Shown: piece by piece, positions 12,951-26,669 of the stretch
Position numbering within the stretch: the stretch's first letter is position 1
How the letters are laid out: the number at the start of each line of letters is the position of its first letter
DNA from: Mobula hypostoma
Taxonomy: Eukaryota
Length of the DNA: 64,000 bases
NCBI RefSeq assembly: GCF_963921235.1
Contig: NC_086097.1
Coordinates: forward strand, 54,996,001-55,060,000
Direction of reading: 5' to 3'
Position numbers and translations under genes: made by a program
The notes under the pieces: model-generated
Seen by the model: the letters and a program-made list of their open reading frames with translations, nothing else
Database searches by the model: none
What the model was told of the DNA's origin: nothing

Positions 12951-13708
12951 CCTTCTGTAATACACTATTGAGTTAACTATTAAGTAGTTGCTTCACTTTG
13001 TGGAAATTACAATGGAAAAGCTCACACTGTGGTAATAAACTGGAAAACAATTTGTATATCAGAAAATGGTGATGTTTCCTAATCATTTACACAAGAACCT
13101 CATGGTGATTCTACATGGAGATGCAATAATTATTGTAAAATTTGCCTAAAAGAAGGGTTAGGTTTCTTAATTTGAGAGGATAATAAGTATACATTATTAC
13201 TAATTACTATTAAATAACCACCTTGGCACTGAAAATTATTCCTTCTGACTTTAACCATTTGCGATTTTTGTATATAAACCAATTAAATACTAACTTTTCC
13301 TCCCTCTGTTTTTTTAGAACATAATTTTGCATGGAAATGATAATTATCGTATTTAATTCACAATCTTCATAGGTACTACCATATCTGCTTAATACTTAAA
13401 GAATTTGCTTTAGTTTACTTTTTCTATCGCCTGTAGTTTATGTTGATTTTTCTATTGTTTTGTACTCAGAACAATCCAATTCTCATGTATTTTGGCTTGT
13501 GAATCTTTTGTAATTTGGTTTTGTATTTGAGGAAGACATTTTTTTTAATCTATGCCACCACAACACAGCATTTTTTTTTACTCCTGTTCATCTCATTTTT
13601 TAAATCAGGTTTCTCTTTTATATTATATTCCACCATGCACTAACAGGAAGATACTCTCTAATCTTCTCTCTTAAATAATATCAAGTCTATATTTTTGTCT
13701 TTATAAAT

Positions 13709-14429
13709 CAGTGGATTCCGGTTAATTGGGCCATCAATTAGTCAGGACAGCTGTCTATTTTGGACAACTCTGAAAGAACAAAACCTAATCGAGAAAATAG
13801 CTGGGATTCTTTTGTTTATTTGGGACACCATGCTGCTTATTTGGCACAGGAGACTGTTGCCAAACGGTTTCCAACAAGCATCGGTCACAAGTACTTTTGT
13901 GGCCATTAGGCACTACACTTTACTTGCAGTGAATAGTTCTTAAATGGTGGCAGTTGTGTGTACTTCTGTTCAAAAAACATTGATTTTTATCACTGATAGT
14001 TGGCAAGAAATAAGCAGTGAGACAATTTGGAACTGTTTTGCCCTCTGCAGTTTCAAACATTAAGGCTTGGAGATGTCAGAAATAGCCAGGAGTTAAAATA
14101 AAACAATTTCACTACTTCAACAGGTTAGGAATTACGAATGTATCAACAATCATCTTGAATGTTACAATGAAAATGAAGATTGGAGAATGCAATTGTCGAT
14201 AACAATTAAGAACTAATACATAGTTTTATAGAACTGTAGTAGTTTTGCTAGTGTTTTAATTTATTCTGTATTTCATTTTAAAACCTAATTTGTTATTCAG
14301 TTAAACGATAGTTTGTCTTTTTTTATATCTTTTTAACTATTTCCATGAAACTTCGACTAATTGGGACAGCTGCTTATTTGGGCCAAAATGCACTCGTCCT
14401 GATGTGTCCCAATTAACTGGAACCCACAG
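13709..14429. mobile_element. Non-autonomous pogo/Tigger-like DNA transposon
   Basis: Imperfect TIRs CAGTGGATTCCGGTTAATTGGG ... CCCAATTAACTGGAACCCACAG followed by TA; second copy at 58892. Confidence 0.8.
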
Positions 14430-14729
14430 TATTTTCTTTCAAACAATCTTCTACAAAATTTGTTTTATTATTATTATAATTTTTGTTTCATTTTTTTCTT
14501 CTATATTGTGTATTGCATTGCTGCTGCTAAGTTAACAAATTTCACGTCACTGCCAGTAATAATAAACCTGATACTAATTATTCACTTTGGTTGGCATCAA
14601 GCAGCCACTACGTTCCACTATGTTCTGATTACTATTTCCAAGGTGATATCTCATAATAAAAACAGAATATTTCCAGAAACACATTTTAGTTGTGGAAATG
14701 TCTGTGGAAAGAGAAATAAAATTTAACAA

Positions 14730-15330
14730 TTCATTTAGCAGAATCTGCATCAGAAATGAAAAAGAAAGATAGTGTACATTTTAAATTAGAAGGTGAGAAG
14801 GAGGGATAGAACAAAGGGCTTTTATTTGTCAGTCTCTTTTCACCAACAGCAAGGCTGTAGGAATACCCAGCAGGGTAGTCTGTACTGATGGAAAGAGAAA
14901 AGCGATAAAACTCAGCATCACAAATGGATGGAAAGGGCCGGCTCTGATAGAGAAACAAAGGTGGAGAGTGCAACATTGCCACCAGAAGCCTGCAGTGTTC
15001 CCTGGTAGAAAATGAGGTGTTGTTCCTGAAGCTTCCAATAGAACTCAGCAGTGCTGGATATTACAGGTAGTTAGCAGTGGGAATAAATTAGAGATCTGTT
15101 AGCTCAGTGGAAGCTGTTGAGGATTGAGCACACATGCATTGCCAAGTGATCACCACTTTTTATTTCCTCATTGTAGAGAAGACTGTGTACTGAATACCGC
15201 ATGCCCTACACTAGATTGGAGAAGTGCAAGTGAATCACTGCTTCATCCAAAAAGATTGTTTGGGTCCTAGGATGGTGGGAAAAGAAGCTGTGAAATAACA
15301 GATATTAGATATCTTGCAGTTACTGTGATA
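14730..15330 (-). mobile_element. Decayed Penelope-like fragment
   Basis: Weak similarity to the GIY-YIG region and tail of the 52742 element. Confidence 0.5.
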
Positions 15331-15939
15331 TTTTTCTCACTCCTTTTTATTTAACATTACCGTATGAGATGCGAAATAAATTAAGTTAAATCCCTACAAT
15401 GTTAATTTATAACAGCCTGAACAACTGAACTTGATTTCTGTTTTCCTCCATGCAGTTCAGTTCTAGAAAGTTGCATTGTCATGGAGAGCATCAAATGTCA
15501 GGATCAAACTTGAGTAACTGGAGCTGTGAGGCAGCACCACCACCATGCTGCCGATTGAAAGAACTTATTCATTCCTTTCACGTGAATCCAAGTGCGTTAC
15601 AACTTAGCTGTTCCCAATACCAATCTGGCAACAGCTTTGTCATTATACCTTGAGTTACCTTGCAGTGCATTCCAGTCCTAAGAATTTATTCCTAGTGTCA
15701 TTATGTAGTTAAATCTCTATAATGCTGTTTATTATTAGCACACACATATTTATTTCCCTTTTTTTTTGACAAGGAGTTAACTTTCCTCTAACTTCAATCC
15801 TGAGTACTCTTCCTTGTGCCATTTGGATAATGCATTTGTTTTAAGCCAATGAAGGCAAAAGCCTGCTTTGAGTTAGGTATAAAAATGTAATGATACTCAG
15901 TAATGTGGCTTGCCAACAATTTTTTGTTCATTCATAAAC

Positions 15940-16280
15940 ACCATAAGACATAGGAGCATAATTAGGCTATTCAGCCTGTGGAATCTGTTCTGCTATTCCA
16001 TCATGGCTGATTTATCAAACCTCTCAACCCCATTCTCCTGTCTTCTCCCTGTAACCTTTGACACCCTTACTAATTAAGAACCTATTAAGCTCTGCTTTAA
16101 ACATACCCAATGGCTTGGCCTCCACAGCCATCTGTAGCAAAGAATTACATCGATTCACCACTTACCCGCTAAAGAAATTCCTCCTCATCTTTGTCCTAAA
16201 GAGACGTACTTCTACTGTGAGGCTACGTCCTCTGGTCCTGGACATACCCATGAAAGGAAACATCCTCTCCATGTTTGGTC
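15940..16280 (-). mobile_element. CR1 3' end
   Basis: ccataagacataggagca tail and RT C-terminus. Confidence 0.85.
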
Positions 16281-16464
16281 CATAAGTTTAGGCCTCCAGA
16301 ACTTGAACCATAGAGTAGTTTGCTGCTATTACTATGATATCAAGACTAAATATTTCTGGGTATCATTCACAGTATATGAAATATTGCAATCTCTTCCTCT
16401 TTTTTTTATGTTTCTAAATGGTTGTATTATGATTATCTCTCTCTTTATCTGTAGGTTTGCAGCC

Positions 16465-18639
16465 ATGCATCTTAAGCCGTACCCAAAGCTACAAAAGAAA
16501 GATGCATCGCTTGAATCAAGCCAAGAGGCACTCAGAGAGCTCCATTCAAACCACCATACATCCGTAAGGGTTGAAAGATGCCAATCCACCTACAACAAAC
16601 CATTATGCTGTAAATCCATTGCTTTGGCATCTCATATCAGCTTGTGGTGTCCAAGACCTTTTAATTTCATTTCTCAAAATAAAATGTGCAATATGAGGAA
16701 TCTAGCTGATAATGTTAGCTTTAAGGGAAGAAAGAAACCCTTGTCTGAAAACATTCTGCCTCCTTCAATTCATCAGGAAGAAGGGGAGGCACAATTGGAT
16801 ATTTGGGCAGTCATAAAACCTGGTAACACAAAGGAGAAAATTGCCTTCTTTGCAGCACATCAGTGCAATAACAGGACAAATTCCATGAAACTGAAAAGCA
16901 GTTGGGATGCTGAGGTCACAACTGCTAAACGCAGAAGGAAATCTATTGATCGAGAGAAAATAAAAATTCAACCACTGAGAAAAGATAGTGTAAAGGATGA
17001 TAGACGATATTTGTGTGCTGACCCACAACCAACCAGTACCTATGATGAGAATTCATTTGTAAACATTGATAAACAAAATGCTGATGGACATTGTCATAGC
17101 AGCTCTCTTTCTGTAGCAGAAATGGTGGCTCTTCTAGAACAAAGGGCAAATTCCCTTCTCCCTGACTGCAGCAAACCATTTACAAATGCCAATGCTCACT
17201 TGCCGAATATTGTGCATTCAAAGGGAGGGTCCCCATCAGTTGAAGCCATTTCGCACACAGGATCTGAATCTGATTTAAGTCACAAAAAGTCCACTGAAAA
17301 TAAAAAACTACAGGGTGAATACGTTCGAGTTATAGAAGTAATAGCTAAACTTGAATCTGAGTGCTTAAAAAATCAACACAACAGAAATGGAGAAGCTAGA
17401 AATAATAGCTTTCGAAGAGGGGTGGGGAGAGTTTTGTTGACTAATCCTCACCTTTCAGAAGAAAGTGCCAAGAGTATAGGCATAATTCGAAAATCAGCTG
17501 GTGCACCCAGAGCAGTTGATAACATTGGGCAAAGCAAAGAACAATGTAGCCACATAAGCACAAGCTATACTAAACCATGCACTGAACCACAGGATAACGC
17601 TCCATCTCTAGCTATTAACTTTTCTGGTGTGGTATTGAATCTCTCTTCTAAAGAGGCTTCATTAACCCACAAGGAAACAACATCATTGCCAAACAGTACA
17701 AGAGAACATTTTAGTAGTGATGTTGAGACATCAGTGGAGTCCTGTAATACCCCATCACTGTGTTGGGAAATGGACAATAAGTTTGTATCAAACTTTACTT
17801 TACCGGAGAGTGGTATGGGTGAATATGCAAATGACTTTATTGTCAATGAGTTAGAGTCTTGTGTGGTGGATAGGAATATGGTTAGGAGGGTCAAGGAAGC
17901 AACAGAATGTACGTCAGTGACTAAACTAAAGTCTGAGGAACCCCTTCCTGGAAAACTATTTTTCACACTTGAACAGTCCCACTTGGAAAACTTGGATTCA
18001 ATTGAAAATACTACTGAGGAAATCCTGGATATTGCACATTGCAGGGATGACTTTCTGATTGCTGAAAGCAGAACATTGAACAGAAGTTGCTCAGAAGCGA
18101 ATCAGAGCAATTCTTGCACACCTTTTGGAACTATGTGCCCTTCATTAACTGAGCCCTTTCCTCTAAGAAGGCAAGTATCTCATGAGTTCTTAGAAACTCG
18201 CTTCAAAATTCAACAGCTTCTTGAGCCTCGGCAATACATGGCCTTTTTACCACACCACATCATGGTGAAGATTTTCATGTTCCTTCCTACTAAAACCCTG
18301 GCAGCTCTCAAATGCACGTGCCATTATTTTAAGTTTATTATAGAAAACTATGACATTAGAGCAACAGATTCACGTTGGGTCTGTGACCCACGATACAAAG
18401 ATGATCCATGCAAGCAATGTAAAAAACATTACACAAAAGGGGATGTGTCAGCATGTCGGTGGCATTCAAAACCTTATTATAAAGTTCCACCCTATGGGCG
18501 TTCCTACTGGATGTGTTGTTGGCAGACAGAAAAAGATTCACTAGGCTGTAAAATTGGGCTTCATGATAATAACTGGGTGCAGTCTCATAATCATGTGCAA
18601 CAAATATGTGAAAAGGTAAAGAATGGAGAAGGAATATGA
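16465..18639 (+). CDS. FBXO34: F-box only protein 34, single coding exon, 724 aa
   Basis: The ORF 16303..18639 has its real start at ATG 16465 (MHLKPYPKLQKK, like vertebrate FBXO34 MHLKPY..LQKK), 10 nt after the acceptor ctctttatctgtAG (16453-16454). It contains the FBXO34/46 motifs LDIWAVIKPGNTKEKIAFF, SVAEMVALLEQRA and VSHEFLETRFKIQQLLEPRQY, an F-box (LPHHIMVKIFMFLPTKTLAALKCTCHYFK, from 18247) and a Cys/His-rich C-terminus. Adjacency to ATG14 supports FBXO34 over its paralogue FBXO46. Confidence 0.95.
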   Translation: MHLKPYPKLQKKDASLESSQEALRELHSNHHTSVRVERCQSTYNKPLCCKSIALASHISLWCPRPFNFISQNKMCNMRNLADNVSFKGRKKPLSENILPPSIHQEEGEAQLDIWAVIKPGNTKEKIAFFAAHQCNNRTNSMKLKSSWDAEVTTAKRRRKSIDREKIKIQPLRKDSVKDDRRYLCADPQPTSTYDENSFVNIDKQNADGHCHSSSLSVAEMVALLEQRANSLLPDCSKPFTNANAHLPNIVHSKGGSPSVEAISHTGSESDLSHKKSTENKKLQGEYVRVIEVIAKLESECLKNQHNRNGEARNNSFRRGVGRVLLTNPHLSEESAKSIGIIRKSAGAPRAVDNIGQSKEQCSHISTSYTKPCTEPQDNAPSLAINFSGVVLNLSSKEASLTHKETTSLPNSTREHFSSDVETSVESCNTPSLCWEMDNKFVSNFTLPESGMGEYANDFIVNELESCVVDRNMVRRVKEATECTSVTKLKSEEPLPGKLFFTLEQSHLENLDSIENTTEEILDIAHCRDDFLIAESRTLNRSCSEANQSNSCTPFGTMCPSLTEPFPLRRQVSHEFLETRFKIQQLLEPRQYMAFLPHHIMVKIFMFLPTKTLAALKCTCHYFKFIIENYDIRATDSRWVCDPRYKDDPCKQCKKHYTKGDVSACRWHSKPYYKVPPYGRSYWMCCWQTEKDSLGCKIGLHDNNWVQSHNHVQQICEKVKNGEGI

Positions 18640-20650
18640 CATTTAAAAAAAAAAGTGAATTTGGTTCAGTATGATTGGGGATATAAAATACTGTTATTGA
18701 ATTGTTTGCTTCCTGTAGAAATTGGAATATTGGTTCTGCACTGTTTACATTGTACAGTATGAACATATTAGCTTATGTGAATCTGCATGAACCAAACTGC
18801 AGCAGCCAATAGCTGTAAGAGAACTGCAGTATTTGCTCTATCATGTGTTTGATTTACGATAATATTGTACTGTTAATGTAGCTGGCACAGCAACAAACCA
18901 CTACAATGCAGCTATATCAGTGTTGCAGTTAGTCTGTTTTAAGTAATGGTCTTTCTTTTGAATAGATTGTATATTCTACCTAAACTTACATTTAAGTGCA
19001 AAAATATTGGCATGGAAATGAATAAATATAAACAAGATCGACCACTTAAGACCTGAGAATTATGATGAGCAAGTGTTGCTAAACAATGTTAGAGCAAGTA
19101 CAAAAAAATAGCAGCACTGCAGAATTACAGGTTATGCAAAATGAAAACTGGTTGAAAATTAATCGCATTACTTGAATTGCCACTGTCAGTGTATAGCAAT
19201 GCTTACTTTGGTTTAATGAGTCTCAGATCTTTGGGGGAGGGGTTTACTGCTCTTAAAGGTTTGGTGGTATATATGGAGTTATATGAACTATTGTATAGTG
19301 ATCATTTTAGTGGGGTGGATGTTTTAATAGGATTTACCAATTTTGTGTTGAAGCATATAACTCAACTGTACATCAAAAATAAAATTCATTGTGCCATGGC
19401 AAACAATTCTTTGGTCCAATTGATATCTCAATCATAATTGAATTCTTGTTTGCAGACAAGAAATAAATATTTTAAACAAAGCTTTCCACACAACGATTCT
19501 AACTCAATGTATACCTAGGTATATAAAGTGCTGTGGGAGGGAAGGAAATTGGGTTTTCATCCCATATATATCAAGAATAGGCCACGTTTAAATCCAAACA
19601 CATAATAAATTGCCAGTTTTTAATATTAATACTTGAGCTTTAGCACCGAATTTAAAACTTGAATCTGTTTTTATTTCCAGTCAAAAGCCCTGTTCCAACT
19701 TGACTTTAAAAAGATTAGTTTTATTTTTATTGTTTATCTTTGCCTATCTCAAACGTAAAAGCAAAGTAAATCCTCTCATTGATTTAATGGTTAAAATTAT
19801 GTGTCGAGACTCTTTTACGTTTATTTGTGATTTAATATCTGATCTGCAGTGTTTCCCTTGAAAGGGAAAAGAACTTGATGAAAATAAGACTCAATCCAAG
19901 TCCTGGTATGAATAACTATTTATTTTCTTAAGTCTTTATATAAATGGAATTTTATTTTCATAGAATTATACTTGTTGCATTAATAAAAATTCCCAAAATT
20001 CTGAAACAGTTGAATCTTAAGGCTAAAGCTGTAAATATTCATCAGGCTATGCTCAGCAGAAAGAAGGGAAGTGGAGTTCTGAAAATGAATACTTTATTCT
20101 TCAAGGATACTCCTGATTAGACTATATTTCTCCTCCCATTCTATAGTTTGATTTTTTTTACTTGTGGATAATCCCAAGACAGAATGTAAGAATGCTGTAG
20201 AGATATTAATTTTGTTATATAAATGTTTAAAGTGCTTTTAATACTGCCTTTGCAAGCTTGGAGTACATATTTACATATTTGTACATTTATGTTATTGGGA
20301 CTAGGATTTTTATTTTTGCATTTATATTGTCTTAAGTATTCCCCTTTAAATTTCATTACTTGTAAATTTATTGCATCTTTGTTTTTCTTTTATTCTCACT
20401 GCACTTATTCATATAGTGCCTAAAATATTCATCTGTTGCCTACTTAATTCTGCATAACCTGTAACACTGCATATAGCTTTGCTTTAGAATATATTTTATT
20501 CCCACTAAACTTGCTGCTTGTTCTGAATCTCCATTTACAAGGGAGCACAATTATCAAGCTACTGTTTCTGTGTATCTTGTACATTACTTGCAATTTTCTA
20601 TAAGCTTAAAAAATGTTGTAAAATGAATAAAATGGAACATTAATAGAAAA
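18640..20650 (+). other. FBXO34: Probable FBXO34 3' UTR with several candidate poly(A) signals
   Basis: AT-rich stretch after the stop with no recognisable repeats; AATAAA at 19021, 19982 and 20626, among others. The true end cannot be determined. Confidence 0.4.
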
Positions 20651-21944
20651 TATACTGGTTGTAAATGTTTGGTACCAAATTTTGAAATTCATTTCATCTA
20701 CTTTTCTGCATTAGAACTTTAAAAAAATATATTATGTTGGAAGCTGTTTAAGACTCCAGATATTCCGTTTGTTAATAAAACTAGATTCTTGGTTGATTGC
20801 AAATTAATCAGTATTTCACCATTGAAATGAATTCTCACTTTTTAGCTACAGTGTTTTGCAACTGCACTAATACACAATTCTTAAGAATTTTGTTCCAAAA
20901 TTAGATCTTTGGACATCATTTTCAGCTGTTGTGGTTATATCTGTTATTAGTTATTCCTTTACATTTGGTTACTTCTGTCATACCCCTTACTGTTGCCACG
21001 TGTGTTTAATATGCAGATGTACATGTTCAACTCGCATTTTTGTGCAATTTTTCAGTTTGGTGCAGTTTAAGACGCATGAAATGGGTATCCATGCTTTGGA
21101 CCGTTAATTCTTCTTGGATGATGGCAACATTAGTGGCTTTGTGTAATCCAACCTATGGTGAATTAACCAATGTTGACAGTAGTAATTCTAACACAATGTG
21201 CAGGTAATTACAGGTGGTAATATAGTTTGTGTTAAATTGAAGAATAGTTTACCTGTGTGAAGTTCCGCAAATAATGCGTGTTTGATTTGATAGTTTTTGA
21301 AAATATTTGCCTGTCAAACCTGAACTACTTATTCCCCTCCATAGATGCTGCCTGACTTACCACGTTTCTCCAGCATTTTGTATGAGTATTACTCGACTTC
21401 TAGCATCTGCCGCAGAATCTCTTGTATTTTTGTTTTTTGGATCGGGTAGTCTGGCCTAAAAGTTTGAGCCTAGTCTTTGAGGAATGAAGTTCTGCTTGCA
21501 GAGGTTGATACCTATTTGAAACTTTTCCATAAATTTTTAAAAACATTTATAGTTGAATTAAAGTAAACTACTGGAAGAACATAAGGGGTCAAGCAGCATC
21601 TAGAGAGGCAAAAGGATGGATGACATTTCAGATCAAGATCCGGCATCAGTTTTCTTTCTGTTTCAGATTACAGCAGCACAGTAGTCTCCATTTAAATTAG
21701 AATATTCAGCTGTTTGCTAACCCGTGGAAAATTCAGGAAAGAATGCTATGCAATGACACCCAATGGGCAGAGATCGTAACTACAAAAATCCATAAAGCCA
21801 TAAATTTTGAACTAAAATGAAAAGCATTATTGACATTACTTACCTAAAACTGGAAAACAATGTTGAGTAACCAGTTGGTTGATAAAATTGCTAGCCGAGA
21901 TTTGCTGTTTGTCCCAAAACTGCAGTAACTATTGTTTATTAACC

Positions 21945-24430
21945 TAGGCCTTCATAAGTCAATGTATTGAGGACAGAAGATGGGATGTTATGTTGAAGTT
22001 GTAAAAGGCATTGGTGAGGCCTAATTTGGAGTACTGTGTGCAGTTTTAGTCAACTACCTATAGGAAAGGTACATGTTTGAAAGAGTGCAGAGAAAATTTA
22101 TAAGGATGTTGCTGAGTCTGGAGGACCTGAGTTATAAGGAAAGATTGAATAGGTTAGGACTGTATTCTTTAGAACGTAGAAAATTGAGAGAAGATTTGAT
22201 CAAGGTATACAAAATTGTGATAAGTATAGATAGAGTAAATGCAACCAGACTTTACCACTGAGGTTGGGTGGGACTACAACCAGAGGTCTTTGCTTAAGGT
22301 ATAAGGAGAAGTTTAAGGGGAACGTGAGGGGAAACTTCTTCATTCAGAGGATCATGAGAATGTGGAATGAGCTGCCAGCATAAGTGGTCCATGCGAGCTT
22401 GATTTCAACCTTTAAGAGAAGTTTGGATAGATACATGGATAGCAGGGATATAGAGAGCTATTGTCCAGGTGCAGATCGTTGGGAGCAGGCAGTTTAAGTG
22501 GTTTCGGAATGGACTAGATGGGCCAAAGGGCCTGTTTCAGTGCTGTACTTCTCTGACTCTACTTAAATAGAAGCACAACTCCTTTCCCTTTCACAGGTTT
22601 CAAATGCTGTGTTGAATGCACTGTCTCATTTGGATCTTTAATATACAAATCAAATTCCAGTACAAAACACATGGGTATAAACACTAAGAATGCTGTACAT
22701 AACACAGTTGGTGAGTTGACGCACTGTGGTTTAAGGACCTAGGGAAAGATAGGGAACCAACAGGCAGTGCAGGAGACCTTTGTGGTCATCTCCTTCAAAA
22801 CAAATACCTCTCTTTGGATACTATTCGGAATACTCATTAGGGGAAGACAGCAGTAACCAGGACCATGGCACGGTGAATGGCTCTGCTGCATAGGAGAACA
22901 GGGAAAAGTGGCTGAGCTATTATAAATGATTCTACAGTTACTTCTATGATCGCAAATGGGACTCACAGTTCGTGTGTAGTCTCACAGTTACAAGCCTCCT
23001 GGTTCTGATGGGTGCATCCTAGGGTAGTGATATAAATGGTGGAAGTTCATGTAGATGCACTTGTGATGATTTACAAAATTCTTTTGACTCTGGGCAGGTC
23101 CCAGAAGAATGGAAGACAGTGAATGTCATGCCACTGTTTAAAAAAGGATGTAGAACAGGTGGGTAAGTATAGACTAGTTAGCTTAATGTCTAATCAGAAA
23201 AATGCTTGATACTATCATTAAGGAAGACATAGAGAGACATTTAGATAGAAGTGGTTCCATCAGGCATAGGTCCTTTTTGACAAACTTACTGGAGTTCTTT
23301 GAGGTTATAATGAATGCGGAGGATAGAAGGGAAAAGGTGGATATTGTATACTTAGATTTACAGAAGCCATTTAGTAAGGTGTCTCATAAAAGACTCCATA
23401 AGATTGCATGGATTTAGGGGTACTGTATTAGCATACACAGAGGATTGGTTAACCAACAGAAGGCATAGAGTTGGCTGTTTCTGTGGCTGGCAGTCAGTGG
23501 TGAGCCCATTGTTCATGATATACGTTAACAGTTTGAAAGAGGAGACCGAGTGTAGCATATCTAAGTTTGCTGGTGACAGTAAATTGAGTGGAAAAGCAAA
23601 TTGTGCAGAGGATAGGGCGAGTCTGCAGAGAGATGCAGTTAGACTGAGTGGGGCAGGGTATAACAATATAACATTAGTAAAGGCGAGGTTCCACTTTGGA
23701 AGGAAAAATAGGTCAGATTATTATCTGAATGGTGAACAAGTGAAATTATACAGAGGAAATTAAGAGTCCTAGTGCATGAATTGCAACAGACTGGTTTGTA
23801 GGTGCAACAGGTTATGAAGGCAAATGGAATGTAGGCTTTCATTGTAGAGGAACTGAGTGAGAAAGTTATGTTGCAATTATAGAAGGTATTGGTAAGATCA
23901 CACCTGGAGTAGTGCATGCAGTTCTGGCCTCCTTACTTGAGGCAAGATATACTGGCTTTGCAGATGGTACAGAGGAGGTTCAACAGGTTAATTCCATAGA
24001 CAGGGTTAATATATGAGGGGAGAGAGTCACCTAGGATAATACTTGCTGAAATTCAGAAGAATGAGAGTGGATCTTTTAGAAACATAGAATTACAGAAGGG
24101 ATAAGATAGAGGTGGTAGTTTTCATTGTTAAGTGAGAGTAGAGCTAGGGAACATACTTCACTATTTGTGGTAACAGATTTAAGAGGGGGATGAAGAAAAA
24201 CTGCTTTTCTCAGAGTAGTGAATATGTAATTCTTTGTCCAGGGAAGCAGTAGAGTATAGTTCATTAAATATATTTAAGCCATTGTTGGATATTTTTGCAT
24301 AGCAGTGGAATTAAAGGTTATGGGGAAAAGGCAGGTAGGACGAGCTGAGTCAACAGCCAGATCAGCCATGATCTTACTGAAAGGCAGAGCAGCCCTGATG
24401 AATCAGATGGCGTACTCTTGCTCCTATTTT
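21945..24430 (+). mobile_element. Two CR1 fragments (about 21945-22560 and 22740-24430) between the genes
   Basis: FERVQRKFIRML, LTNLLEFFE, KFAGDSKL; CR1 3' tails. Confidence 0.85.
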
Positions 24431-26669
24431 TTTTATTTATTATGTATAACAATTAGTTAGCTTTGTTAATTTACTAGTGGCTGTACAACTGGACTTGTGA
24501 CTTAAGACTTGACTACATTAAAATCCTTAAAAAAAAACAACAACAGAAGATAGGGAACAAAGTGAAGTTGAGGCAGGAGATTACTATGATAGTAAATGGT
24601 AGAACAGGGTTCAGGAGCTGTTTTGCTTTCTGTTTAAAACAAAAAGTTAGTTCATGCACCCTTTTCATGATGGGACTTTGTCAGTAACTGAGTTACTTTT
24701 TTTTATACTGCAATTATTATAAGTGACTGACCACTGTGAAGCACCAATAACACATTGAACAGATGAAGTGCATGCACCTATCCCTTCAAGATACATATTT
24801 TTTGAAAATTCTGCATGAATACCAGATCTTAGGTTTTCAAATTTAACACTTTTTTAAACCCTCAATTGTTTCTTTCAAAAGTATTGTACTCTTTGACATT
24901 GTGTTGTTTAAAATGGCAGAACAGGTGTCAAAGAGTTGTTAAGGTTTTTTTTTGGCATATTTGGATTATTTCTCCCATTTCATAAAATTCTACTTTTCCT
25001 ATCATATTTATGATAAATATACGTTAAGGTATATTTTGTAGGTTTAAGAATCATGATTGCATTCAGGAATGAGACATTAAAGAGCCTGACACTGCAAAGG
25101 TGTATTGGAGCTAGACTGAGCAGTAGGCGTGTGTTCCAAACTTAAATATAATTCTACCCACATTTGTTCTTCATGGACGACTATCATCAAGCCAGCTGAA
25201 GGAGAAAATCTGGTGAGCCCAGTGCTAAATGTTACTTTAAAAAATTAAGTTGTAAATTGCAATCAGTAGATTGACTTAGTGGTTAAAAGATATTTCCTGT
25301 TTCGTGAGGTAAAAATTAACTTAAACTTTCAACAGAATGGTCTGACTTTTAAATTATAAACCCTATCTATTTATATTACTACAATATGTTAACTTTTAAA
25401 GCAGTTAATTTCCTTTGATTGCTTATTACCATAATTGTTATTGGTGGTAATAATGATTAGTGTTTTACTACTTATTTTACTACTAGTAGTTTAGCCAAAA
25501 TTAAAATTAATATTATTAATTAACTGGATAACTAGAAGTCATCAAGCTCATAATATTCTAATAACTTAAAACAACTAGTTTTATTTAATTTTAAAGTATT
25601 ATAGTTTTGTGGTTATTTTACCTGTGATTTAATGGATTATTTTCAAGACTGAAAGGAGTTAAATAGATTTTAAATTGCTTTAAATTCTTAAGTGCTGTGC
25701 ACTTGGTGATTTAAGAATTGTCCATTCACCTCATTAGATTACATTGAACTGAATACCAAAAGAATTAAACTTACTCTATTGTATTGAATTAATCTGTTAA
25801 TTTAATCAATATACCTTAGCTGTTGAAACTGCTGAAATGATTTTATTTTGGCATACCAGTTCAGTTTTTCAAGAAAATATTTAGAATTTCTACAGTGGAG
25901 TTGATTACTAAAAGTGTTGGTTTGATACTTAAGCAAAATAAAATCCCTTCAAATAGACAATTAATTTCAGTGATTAAGAGACTTGACCTAAGTGAATGTG
26001 ATTTATTTTTACAGGTAAAAGTATAAATAAGTAAGGGGAGGGGCTGTATGTTCATGAATGAAAGAGAGAGCATCTAAACCTAGGAATGCCTTGATACCTG
26101 AAGATGGACTGAAAGGAAGTACCGTACACAAACTTGTCATGTTCATCAACATTCGGAACCATTCTTAAATCAGAAAGTGAATGAGAAACACAAAGTTTGT
26201 AGCAAACTTAGCTAGACCATTAAAGGGATTACAGAAGTAATCTGTATGTCACTCAAAAGCAAGGTAGAGTATCTTGGGTACCAAAATCCAGATTGTATGG
26301 CGACAGAGAATGTGTAGTGGATCTGGCATTGAGTACTTAGTACCTCTCTTTAGTTAAAAGAATGCTTGTATAAAAGAATTACATTTGCTTAATTTTGGCA
26401 TGGCATGAAATTGTGAGATCACTCAAACTTTCCCTAAACCTAAGTAAATATTTCAAATATTACAATCTTTTTCAATGTGGGGTACAAGATATACCAGTCA
26501 ACCTTCAGTTGTGGGAAAAGTTTAAGATTTTAATCTTGTACAAGATAGTGGCACTTAGGAAAATATGGTTTTATGACAAATGCAAGTCAAATTGCATTTG
26601 TGTAACTGAATTTTTTTTTAATGTAATGGAGAGGTGAATTACAGTGTTAATGTACGTTTTTTTTCCCCC

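Noticed and set aside
16303..16464. 54-aa N-terminal extension of the 778-aa ORF
   Set aside because: It starts at a non-ATG codon in intronic sequence and runs through the pyrimidine tract and acceptor; homology begins at ATG 16465.
25042..25211. Possible extra + strand exon (ttttgtAG ... ctg|GTGAGC)
   Set aside because: Splice-like signals only, with no recognisable coding homology; such signals are expected by chance in AT-rich DNA.
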